From a bacterium (GTDB lineage: Bacteria > Sysuimicrobiota > Sysuimicrobiia > Sysuimicrobiales > Kaftiobacteriaceae): a DNA stretch of 64,000 nucleotides. A program made the translations under genes and the position numbers. The notes under the pieces were generated by a model, which did no database searches, had not been told where the DNA came from, and saw nothing but the letters and a program-made list of their open reading frames with translations. The DNA is taken from positions 1-64,000 of the forward strand of contig JBIOWP010000107.1 of NCBI GenBank assembly GCA_044868695.1, read 5' to 3'. Shown in pieces: positions 57,254 through 64,000 of the stretch; the stretch's first letter is position 1; the number at the start of each line of letters is the position of its first letter.

Positions 57254-57643
57254 ATGCCTGAGGACCTGACGTTGATCACCGGAGTGGCCGAGCCGATCGC
57301 GGGTTCAGAGCCCGCCCTGGACCGCCTGCCGGTCCGCCTGGACGGGGAAATCCGCCTGCTGCCGGTAGGGAACGTCCTCTACTGCTACGCCGACGGCGAC
57401 CGGACGATGCTGGTCACCCGGGCCGGGGAACTGCGCAGCCACCTCTGCCTGACCCGGCTGGCGGAGCGGCTGGAGCCCTTTCGCTTCTTCCGCTGCCACC
57501 GGGCGTACCTTGTAAACCTCGACCACGTCTGCAGCGTCATCCCCTGGACCCGCAACGCCTTCAGCCTAACCCTGGAAGGTGGGAAGGAGATTCCGCTCAG
57601 CAAACACCGCCTTCCGGCTCTGAAAGAACTTCTTGGCTGGTAG
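57254..57643 (+). CDS. stand-alone LytTR DNA-binding protein
   Basis: FFRCHRAYLVNL, IPLSK; no receiver domain. Confidence 0.85.
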   Translation: MPEDLTLITGVAEPIAGSEPALDRLPVRLDGEIRLLPVGNVLYCYADGDRTMLVTRAGELRSHLCLTRLAERLEPFRFFRCHRAYLVNLDHVCSVIPWTRNAFSLTLEGGKEIPLSKHRLPALKELLGW

Positions 57644-57678
57644 ACTCGACAGACTCGACAGATCCGATAGACAGTCAG

Positions 57679-58698
57679 TTAGTGTGCCTTGGCTGCCGCC
57701 TTTTCTTTGTGTTCCATAATCGAGGAGGAGTGGCCGGGGAAGGCTGAGGCGCTGGGGTTGATGTAGGTGACCGCGTTGTTCACGGCGGTGGCGGCCTCGC
57801 CGAACCCTGTCACGATGAGCTTGAGCTTGCCGGGGTAGGTCGCGATGTCGCCCGCCGCGTACACGCCGGGGACGTTGGCCTCCATCTTGCTGTTGACCAC
57901 GATCGAGTCGTCCTTGATCTCCAGGCCCCACTCGCGGATCGGACCCAGGTTGCTGACCAGCCCCAGGAAGGCCAGGACGGCGTCGACGGGCAGCACCTCG
58001 TCGCCCTGGGTCTTGTTGTTGAAGACTACCGCCTCGCGGACCTGCGTGTCCCCGCGGATGCCGCGTAGCTCGTAAAACACCTTGACCTTGATCGGCGAGG
58101 CAAACAGCTTCTTCACGCTGTCCTCGTGGGCACGAAAGCCATCGCGGCGGTGAATCAAGGTGATCTGCTTCGCGTAGTCCACCAGGCCGAGCGCCCAGTC
58201 CAGCGCGGAGTCTCCGCCGCCGATGACCAGCAGCCGCTTCCCCCGGAAATCTTCCTTCTGGCGCACAGCGAAGTACAATCCCTTGCCGATCCACTGATCG
58301 AGTTCCGCCCGCTTGAACGTCTTGGGGGTAAAGGCGCCGATCCCGGCGGTGATGAGGGTCACCCGTGTTCGATGCTCGCCCAGGTCCGTGCCCAGCCGGA
58401 TCGTTCCGTCGGGCAGACGGTCGAGCGTGTGGACGTTCTCGTTCAACTGCACCGTTGGATGGTAGGTCATCCCCTGCTCGACCAGATTTGTCACGAGGTC
58501 CTTCCCCAGGATCTTGGGGAAGCCGGCGACGTCGTAGATGAACTTGTCGGGGTACAGAGCGGTTACCTGACCGCCCAGGTCCGGCTGGCTGTCGATCAGC
58601 TTGGTGCGCAGCCCCCGAAACCCCGCATAATACGCGGCGAACAGCCCGGTCGGTCCGGCGCCGATGATGGTGACGTCGTACAGATCTGCCTGTGTCAT
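57679..58698 (-). CDS. TrxR-type ferredoxin-NADP+ reductase (YumC-like)
   Basis: IGAGPTGLFAAYYAG, GGQVTALYPDKFIYDVAGF, GGGDSALDWA, no CxxC, PGHSS. Confidence 0.88.
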   Translation of the reverse strand: MTQADLYDVTIIGAGPTGLFAAYYAGFRGLRTKLIDSQPDLGGQVTALYPDKFIYDVAGFPKILGKDLVTNLVEQGMTYHPTVQLNENVHTLDRLPDGTIRLGTDLGEHRTRVTLITAGIGAFTPKTFKRAELDQWIGKGLYFAVRQKEDFRGKRLLVIGGGDSALDWALGLVDYAKQITLIHRRDGFRAHEDSVKKLFASPIKVKVFYELRGIRGDTQVREAVVFNNKTQGDEVLPVDAVLAFLGLVSNLGPIREWGLEIKDDSIVVNSKMEANVPGVYAAGDIATYPGKLKLIVTGFGEAATAVNNAVTYINPSASAFPGHSSSIMEHKEKAAAKAH

Positions 58699-58780
58699 CG
58701 CTCGGATTATATCATTCCCAAAATTCGGCCGGGCAGGGCGCCGGCGGTCTGGCGCGAAGATACCCCCGCTTCCGAGCGCA

Positions 58781-58806
58781 TGGTAAAATCGAATCTGTAG
58801 TCTACA
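58781..58806 (+). promoter_or_regulatory. extended -10 (TGG-TAAAAT) with downstream palindrome TGTAG-T-CTACA
   Basis: read directly upstream of moeZ. Confidence 0.45.
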
Positions 58807-58834
58807 AGTCAAGAATCGTGCGCAGGAGGCAGGC

Positions 58835-60028
58835 ATGACTCTGACAGCCCGCCCGGGCCCGCTTCTGGCCAAGGATCAGATCGAGCGGTACTCCCGCCAG
58901 ACGATCCTTGAAGAGATCGGCGTCGCGGGGCAGCGCAAACTCTTGGACAGCAGGGTGCTGATCGTCGGCGCCGGAGGACTGGGCAGCCCGTCGGCCATCT
59001 ACCTCGCCGCGGCCGGGATCGGCACGCTGGGTATCGTGGACGGCGACCGCGTCGATCTCTCCAACCTCCACCGCCAGGTGATGCACTTCACGCACGACAT
59101 CGGCAGGCCGAAGACCCAGTCCGCGCGGCGGACGCTGGAGGACATCAATCCCGACGTCACCGTCGTCCCGCACCAGACGGTCCTGACCAGCGAGAACGCG
59201 ATGGACATCATTTCAGACTATGACCTCGTCATCAACGGCAGCGACAACTTCCCGACGCGCTATCTGGTCAACGACGCGACCGTCATGTTGCGCAAGCCGC
59301 TCGTCGACGCCAGCATTCTGAAGTGGGAGGGGCAGGCCACCGTCTTCCTGCCGGGCCACGGCTGCTACCGCTGCCTGTTTCCCACGCCGCCGCCTCCGGG
59401 GACGGTGCCCAGCTGCGCCGAGGGCGGAATCGTCGGCGCGCTCGCGGGCTTCATGGGAACGCTGCAGGCGGTGGAGGCCATCAAGATCCTCGTCGGCAAG
59501 GGTGAGACGCTGGCCAACCGCCTGTTCATCTACGACGCGCTGATCGGCGAGATCCGCACGCTGCGCTGGAACCGGAATCCGGATTGCCCGGTGTGCGGCG
59601 ACCACCCGACGGTCACCCAGCTCATCGATTACGAGGCCTTCTGCGGCGTGCCCGGTCGCGAGCCGTCGCATGCGCCCGCGGTCGCCGTGGCGCGCACGCC
59701 GGAGGTGTCCGTGGCCGAGGCGAAGGCGATGCTGGACCGCGGCGAGGCCCAACTGGTTGATGTGCGGGAAGTCTGGGAGTGGGTGACCGCCCGCATTCCC
59801 GGCGCCGCGCTGATTCCGATGGGCGAGCTGGCCCAGCGCATCTCGGAAATCCCCAAGGATCGCACCGTGATCATTCACTGCGCCACCGGGCAGCGCAGCG
59901 CTACTGTGACGGATGCGCTGCGCGACGCCGGATATGCCCAGACGTTCAACCTGGCCGGTGGGATCGTGGCGTGGATGAACGAACAACTACCGGTGGAAGC
60001 GGGGCCGCCCGAGAAACACCAACCGTGA
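58835..60028 (+). CDS. moeZ: MoeB/ThiF adenylyltransferase fused to rhodanese (MoeZ/MoeR)
   Basis: RYSRQ, VGAGGLG, SNLHRQ, GSDNF, CYRC, SCAEGG, CPVC; rhodanese HCATGQRS. Confidence 0.9.
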   Translation: MTLTARPGPLLAKDQIERYSRQTILEEIGVAGQRKLLDSRVLIVGAGGLGSPSAIYLAAAGIGTLGIVDGDRVDLSNLHRQVMHFTHDIGRPKTQSARRTLEDINPDVTVVPHQTVLTSENAMDIISDYDLVINGSDNFPTRYLVNDATVMLRKPLVDASILKWEGQATVFLPGHGCYRCLFPTPPPPGTVPSCAEGGIVGALAGFMGTLQAVEAIKILVGKGETLANRLFIYDALIGEIRTLRWNRNPDCPVCGDHPTVTQLIDYEAFCGVPGREPSHAPAVAVARTPEVSVAEAKAMLDRGEAQLVDVREVWEWVTARIPGAALIPMGELAQRISEIPKDRTVIIHCATGQRSATVTDALRDAGYAQTFNLAGGIVAWMNEQLPVEAGPPEKHQP

Positions 60029-60171
60029 CCAGGGACCGGGCACCAGGGACCAGAAACCAGCCTCATACATTTCTCATGCGCGGCGAAGGAGTCGGCTCGT
60101 GACGTCTGACGGGCAAAGCGCCCAAACGACAGCTGTTTCCACCAGGTCTCGGGTCCCTGGTCCCCGGTCCC
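60025..60171. repeat. inverted heptamer cassette (GGGACCN-like x5) - 84 bp core - (NGGTCCC-like x4)
   Basis: read directly; between moeZ and first dehydrogenase. Confidence 0.8.
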
Positions 60172-60179
60172 AGTCAGTT

Positions 60180-61217
60180 ATGCGTCAGGCGATCCTGCGC
60201 GAGCCGCGGCAAATTGAGCTCATCACCCGTCCCGTTCCCATGCCGGGGCCGGGGGAAGTGCTGCTGCGCGTGCGCGCCGCGCTCACCTGCGGGACCGATC
60301 TGAAGACCTACCGCCGCGGGCATCCGAAGGTGCCGTTCGGCCCATTCGGCCATGAGTGCGCCGGCGACGTTGCCGCGGTGGGCCGCGGGGTCCATCACAT
60401 CCGTGAGGGCGACGCGGTGGCGCCGACGCCCACGGCACCCTGCGGCGTCTGCTCGTCCTGCCGGCGCGGCCGCGAGAACCTCTGCGAAAGCCAGTTTGAA
60501 GGCATCGTGCTCGGCGCGTACGCGGACTACCTCCTGGTGTCCGCGAGGGTCGCGGCCAGACACCTGCTCCGCAAGCCTGAGGGCCTGTCGTACATTGAGG
60601 CCGCGTTCCTGGAGCCGCTCTCGTGTGTCATCCACGCGTGGGAGCGCCTGCGCCCCCGTCCGGTCGAGCAGGTCGCCGTGGCCGGGCTGGGTGCAATCGG
60701 ACTGCTGCACATCAAAATGGCGAAAGCCGCGGGAGCGCGCGTCATTGCGGTCGGCCGCCGCCAGGAGCGCCTCGACCTCGCGGCGCGGCTGGGCGCCGAC
60801 GCGGTCGTGGACACGCAGCAGCCGGGGGTCGCCGAGCAAGTCCACGAGCTTACCGGCGGTCTCGGGCCCGATCTGGTCATCGAGTGCACGGGGAGCCCCG
60901 CGCTGTGGGTGGAGTCCCCGCGGTGGGCCGCTCCGGGCGGCCGCGTCGTCTTGTTCGCCGGCCTGGCGGCCGGCACGCAGGTCGCGTTCGACGCGACCCG
61001 GCTGCACTATGAGGAAGTGGATATCATCAACACGTTCCACTACAGGCCGCGTGACGTGGACGAGGCCCACCACCTGCTCGCGACCGGCGGCGTGGATGTG
61101 CGGCCGCTGGTGAGCGGGGTCAAGGAACTCACCAACATCATCGACGTGTTCGCTTCGCTCGACCGCGGCAACGGAGTGAAGTACGCTATTCTTCCCGAGG
61201 CGACGGCGTGGGCGTAG
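60180..61217 (+). CDS. zinc-dependent medium-chain dehydrogenase (polyol DH-like)
   Basis: TCGTD, GHECAG, CGVCSSCRRGRENLC, EPLSC, GLGAIG. Confidence 0.9.
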   Translation: MRQAILREPRQIELITRPVPMPGPGEVLLRVRAALTCGTDLKTYRRGHPKVPFGPFGHECAGDVAAVGRGVHHIREGDAVAPTPTAPCGVCSSCRRGRENLCESQFEGIVLGAYADYLLVSARVAARHLLRKPEGLSYIEAAFLEPLSCVIHAWERLRPRPVEQVAVAGLGAIGLLHIKMAKAAGARVIAVGRRQERLDLAARLGADAVVDTQQPGVAEQVHELTGGLGPDLVIECTGSPALWVESPRWAAPGGRVVLFAGLAAGTQVAFDATRLHYEEVDIINTFHYRPRDVDEAHHLLATGGVDVRPLVSGVKELTNIIDVFASLDRGNGVKYAILPEATAWA

Positions 61218-62266
61218 AAAGTCTGCGCGCGGCCGCGGCCACCAGCACCCGCGCCGTTGTCTATCACACCTCCGACGACCTCCGCCTGGAAGATGTGCCC
61301 CTGCCCGGCATCAAGGCAGGCGAGCTCCTTGTACGCATCCGGGCCTGCGGCCTGTGCCCCGGCGAGGCAATGGGCTGGTACATGGCGCGCAAGGCGCCGC
61401 TGGTTCCCGGCCACGAGCCGGTGGCCGAAGTCGTACAGGCCGGCGCGCAGGTGACCGGGTTTGCGCCCGGCGACCGTATCTTCGTCCATCACCACGCGCC
61501 CTGCCTGACCTGCCGGTCCTGCCGGCGCGGGGACTACGTGCACTGTCCCACTTTTCGCCGGACGAAGCTCGTGCCGGGCGGCCTGTCGGAGTTTGCAATC
61601 GTCCCGGAAGAGATCGTGCGCGGCGACGTGCTGCGAATTCCCGACGGGCTGTCCGATGAGGCCGCGACGTTTGTCGAGCCCCTGGCATGTGTGGTGAAGG
61701 CAGTCCGCCGCGCGGGCATGGCTCCCGGCGACCGGGTGCTGGTCATCGGTCTGGGCGTCATGGGGATGCTGCACGTGATGTTGGCCCGCAGGCTGGGAGT
61801 GGACCTCCTCATCGGCGCCGACCGCGTGCCGTCTAGGCTGGCCCGTGCCGCAGGCAGCGGCGCGCACGCCGTCGTTGATGTAACACGCGAGTCGCTGGAC
61901 GAAGCGGTGCGGGCCCGCACCGATGGGCAGGGCGCCGACGTTGTCATCGTCGGACCGGGAACGGTCGAGGCGATGGACCTCGGATTTCGCTGCGTCGCCC
62001 CCGGAGGCACGCTGGTGCTGTTTACGCCTACGCCGCCCGGCGTGGTCTGGCCGTTCAACGCTCACGATGCGTACTTCCGTGAAATCCAGATCGTGCCGAG
62101 CTACTCTGCGGGTCCGCCGCAGACGGAGGAAGCGCTGCAGTGGCTGGCGGACGGCCTGCCGGTAGAGACGCTTGTCACGCACCGGTACTCTCTGGATGGC
62201 GCCGCAGAGGGGTATCGCCTGGTGCGCGAAGCTACTGAGGCTCTGAAAGTCGTGGTCAGGCCGTGA
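61208..62266 (+). CDS. zinc-dependent medium-chain dehydrogenase (polyol DH-like)
   Basis: CGLCPGE, GHEP, HHHAPCLTCRSC..C, EPLAC, GLGVMG. Confidence 0.9.
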   Translation: MGVESLRAAAATSTRAVVYHTSDDLRLEDVPLPGIKAGELLVRIRACGLCPGEAMGWYMARKAPLVPGHEPVAEVVQAGAQVTGFAPGDRIFVHHHAPCLTCRSCRRGDYVHCPTFRRTKLVPGGLSEFAIVPEEIVRGDVLRIPDGLSDEAATFVEPLACVVKAVRRAGMAPGDRVLVIGLGVMGMLHVMLARRLGVDLLIGADRVPSRLARAAGSGAHAVVDVTRESLDEAVRARTDGQGADVVIVGPGTVEAMDLGFRCVAPGGTLVLFTPTPPGVVWPFNAHDAYFREIQIVPSYSAGPPQTEEALQWLADGLPVETLVTHRYSLDGAAEGYRLVREATEALKVVVRP

Positions 62267-62877
62267 ACGAGCACCCCGAGGACAGCAGCTGCGAATTGCC
62301 CGGCGCCGCGCCGCAGGACGGGCGTCGGCACCGGCGGTTCGACGGAGCGGCGTGGGACGGCGTCACGCCCCAGGTGTACAAGCTCGGCGGAGCCGCGGCC
62401 CCGGGGGCCGGCTGGCGGGACGTCATTCGCCACACGCTGCTCGGCGGTGCGGGCGAGCCCGCGGCGTTTCAGCTGCGCTACTTCGAGATCGCGCCCGGCG
62501 GATACTCGAGTCTGGAAAAGCATAGGCACGTGCACTCGATTGTCGTACTGCGCGGTGCCGGCACCGTGATCGTCGGCCGCGACGTGTTCGACGTGGGGCC
62601 GCTCGACCTGGTGTACGTTCCCCCGGAGGCACCCCACCAGTTCGTGAACGCGGGATCCGAGCCGTTCGGGTTCCTGTGCCCGGTGGACGCCGACCGCGAC
62701 CCGCCGCAACCCCTCACCGCAGAGGAACTGCGCGCCTTGCTGGACGATCCCAAGGTCCGCCAGGCCGTGCGGATTGGAGAAACTACGGGACCAGGGACCA
62801 GGGACCTGGGACCTGAGGCGGTTGCTGAGAAGAGTCGTTACTGGTCCCCGGTCCCGGGTCCCCGGTCCCGCATTTGA
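62263..62877 (+). CDS. cupin, resembling MTXu-5P methylsulfurylase family
   Basis: WDGV..YK, LRYFEIAPGGYSSLEKHRHVH, HQF, GFLCPVDADRDPPQ. Confidence 0.75.
   Translation: MNEHPEDSSCELPGAAPQDGRRHRRFDGAAWDGVTPQVYKLGGAAAPGAGWRDVIRHTLLGGAGEPAAFQLRYFEIAPGGYSSLEKHRHVHSIVVLRGAGTVIVGRDVFDVGPLDLVYVPPEAPHQFVNAGSEPFGFLCPVDADRDPPQPLTAEELRALLDDPKVRQAVRIGETTGPGTRDLGPEAVAEKSRYWSPVPGPRSRI
62787..62869. repeat. inverted heptamer cassette (GGGACCN)x4 - 27 bp core - (NGGTCCC)x4
   Basis: read directly; wholly inside the cupin ORF 3' end. Confidence 0.85.
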
Positions 62878-62884
62878 GGCGTGT

Positions 62885-62913
62885 TTGACTTGGCGTCTCA
62901 CGGCGCGTAGAAT
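62885..62913 (+). promoter_or_regulatory. sigma70 promoter
   Basis: TTGACT-N17-TAGAAT upstream of the IscA-type gene. Confidence 0.7.
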
Positions 62914-62934
62914 GTGCGTGGAGGTCTTCTCTCG

Positions 62935-63324
62935 ATGATCACCATCACCGATCAGGCCGCGACGAAACTCAAGGAGCTCCTGCTGACACAGGAGCAGCCC
63001 GACCTCTACCTCCGGCTGTTCATCCAGCCCGGCGGGTGCGAGGGGTTTTCGTACGGCATGGGGTTCGATGCCGAGCGTCGCGATGACGACCAGATCTTTG
63101 AGCGCGGCGGGGTGAAGGTGCTGGTGGACGCCACCAGCCTTCAGTACCTGAGCGGCGCGCAGATCGATTACGCGAAGTCGACCTTCGGCGAAGGCTTCAC
63201 TGTCCGCAACCCCAACGCGGTGTCCACGTGCGGGTGCGGGCACTCGTTCAAGACGCGCCATGCCGAGGGCCGGCCCGAGCCGTGCGACGACGCGACGGCG
63301 CAAACACAGACGACTCAAGCTTAG
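62935..63324 (+). CDS. A-type Fe-S carrier (IscA/HesB/ErpA family)
   Basis: GGCEGFSYGM, NPNAVSTCGCGHSF; GGAGG RBS. Confidence 0.92.
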   Translation: MITITDQAATKLKELLLTQEQPDLYLRLFIQPGGCEGFSYGMGFDAERRDDDQIFERGGVKVLVDATSLQYLSGAQIDYAKSTFGEGFTVRNPNAVSTCGCGHSFKTRHAEGRPEPCDDATAQTQTTQA

Positions 63325-63334
63325 GAGCGCAGCG

Positions 63335-63592
63335 ATGGCACAGCAGGTGCAGACCCAAGAGGGCGGTCTTCGGGAGCGGGTGGAGCAGGTGCTGGATTCC
63401 ATCCGGCCCTACATCCAGGGCGACGGCGGCGACATTGAGCTCCTCGACGTTACCGACGGGGTCGTCCAGATTCGCCTGGCCGGGGCCTGCGTCGGGTGCA
63501 TGCACTCGATGATGACCCTCCAGGTCGGCGTCGAGCGCATGCTCAAGGAAGCCCTGCCCGAGATCAAGGCCGTCGAAGCGATGCCCTTCTAA
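63335..63592 (+). CDS. NifU-C/Nfu Fe-S carrier
   Basis: IRPYIQGDGGDIEL, GACVGC. Confidence 0.92.
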   Translation: MAQQVQTQEGGLRERVEQVLDSIRPYIQGDGGDIELLDVTDGVVQIRLAGACVGCMHSMMTLQVGVERMLKEALPEIKAVEAMPF

Positions 63593-63603
63593 CACGAAAC
63601 AAC

Positions 63604-63763
63604 GGGACCTGGGACCTGGGACCAGGCAAGATCGAGAACCGACAGAAGATGGAGGCTTCCGCCGCACGGGCGGGAGCCTTTTGTTATCCTTGAAGACACA
63701 GGCGTGAGGCTGGGCGGAGGCTGTTAGTGCTGTTCCGGTCCCCGGTCCCGGGTCCCCGGTCCC
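63604..63763. repeat. inverted heptamer cassette (GGGACCN)x3 - 111 bp core - (NGGTCCC)x4
   Basis: read directly; core contains a terminator-like hairpin. Confidence 0.85.
63653..63685 (+). terminator. Rho-independent terminator-like hairpin
   Basis: AGGCTTCCGCC/GCACG/GGCGGGAGCCT then TTTGTT. Confidence 0.65.
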
Positions 63764-63778
63764 GCGGTTGAGCGTGCG

Positions 63779-64000
63779 ATGTCCGTCTCCTGGTCACATA
63801 TCCTAAGGAAGGTCGACGACTACCGGTGGGAGATCCCGACCTCCTACAAGCCCGGTATGCGCGTGCCGGGGCTCGTGTTCGCAGACGAGCGCATGCTGCG
63901 GCAGATCGCCGGAGAGCAGGCCCTCGACCAGGTCGCAAACGTCGCCATGCTGCCGGGCATCGTCGGACACTCGCTCGCGATGCCGGATATTCACTGGGGC
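63779..64000 (+). CDS. rtcB: RtcB RNA ligase, N-terminal part (runs off the window)
   Basis: MSVSWSHILRKVDDYRWEIP..GMRVPG..ALDQVANVAMLPGI..SLAMPDIHWG; not in the ORF track because it has no stop in the window. Confidence 0.88.
   Translation, partial: MSVSWSHILRKVDDYRWEIPTSYKPGMRVPGLVFADERMLRQIAGEQALDQVANVAMLPGIVGHSLAMPDIHWG

Noticed and set aside
51174..60028. Ubiquitin-like + JAB + E1-like genes as an antiphage (CBASS/Bil-type) system
   Set aside because: No E2, cyclase or effector; CysM/CBS neighbours and the rhodanese fusion indicate sulfur transfer.
62935..63592. Further selenoproteins among IscA/NifU and other Cys-motif genes
   Set aside because: Their Cys motifs are ordinary TGC/TGT codons; no other in-frame TGA candidate was noticed.
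32161..63763. Heptamer cassettes as a CRISPR array
   Set aside because: Dispersed and inverted, no regular repeat-spacer period, no cas genes.
577..63994. Long antisense or alternate-frame ORFs (e.g. 12921-14486, 22148-23785, 26901-28592, 43104-44879)
   Set aside because: Shadow ORFs of high-GC coding DNA: Arg/Pro/Ala-rich, no motifs, overlapping well-supported genes.

Overview
High-GC bacterial chromosomal window (about 65-70% GC by eye), densely coding, genetic code 11 (TGA ends many ordinary genes). No rRNA, tRNA, CRISPR array, prophage or intact transposase was recognised. Content in order: a non-coding 5' region with a promoter-terminator unit; two paralogous tandem-GNAT genes with a C45 hydrolase and TauE; a 5'-3' exonuclease; an SDR with an ABC transporter; tag; thyX; iscS followed by a complete nuo (complex I) operon with fused nuoE-nuoF, then fixCX; a quality-control gene run; trpB2; FTR1; and a large sulfur/redox island (lipB, cystathionine gamma-lyase, CysO, CBS, SbnI/SerK-like kinase, CysM, Mec, Rrf2, SigH/SigR-like sigma and anti-sigma, FNR, MoeZ, two Zn dehydrogenases, cupin, IscA, NifU, partial RtcB). 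Main candidates for new biology: (1) a MerT-like ORF (47983-48273) that the ORF track shows only in part, where the Cys-Cys metal site is replaced by tandem in-frame TGA-TGA followed by a SECIS-like hairpin, i.e. a putative Sec-Sec selenoprotein behind an FTR1 permease; (2) a cysteine operon coupling a free-serine kinase to the CysO/CysM/Mec/MoeZ pathway; (3) two Zn dehydrogenases with an MTXu-5P-methylsulfurylase-like cupin, a possible RLP-independent methionine-salvage shunt; (4) intergenic inverted heptamer-array cassettes with unrelated cores. All family calls come from motif recognition and memory, not database searches.
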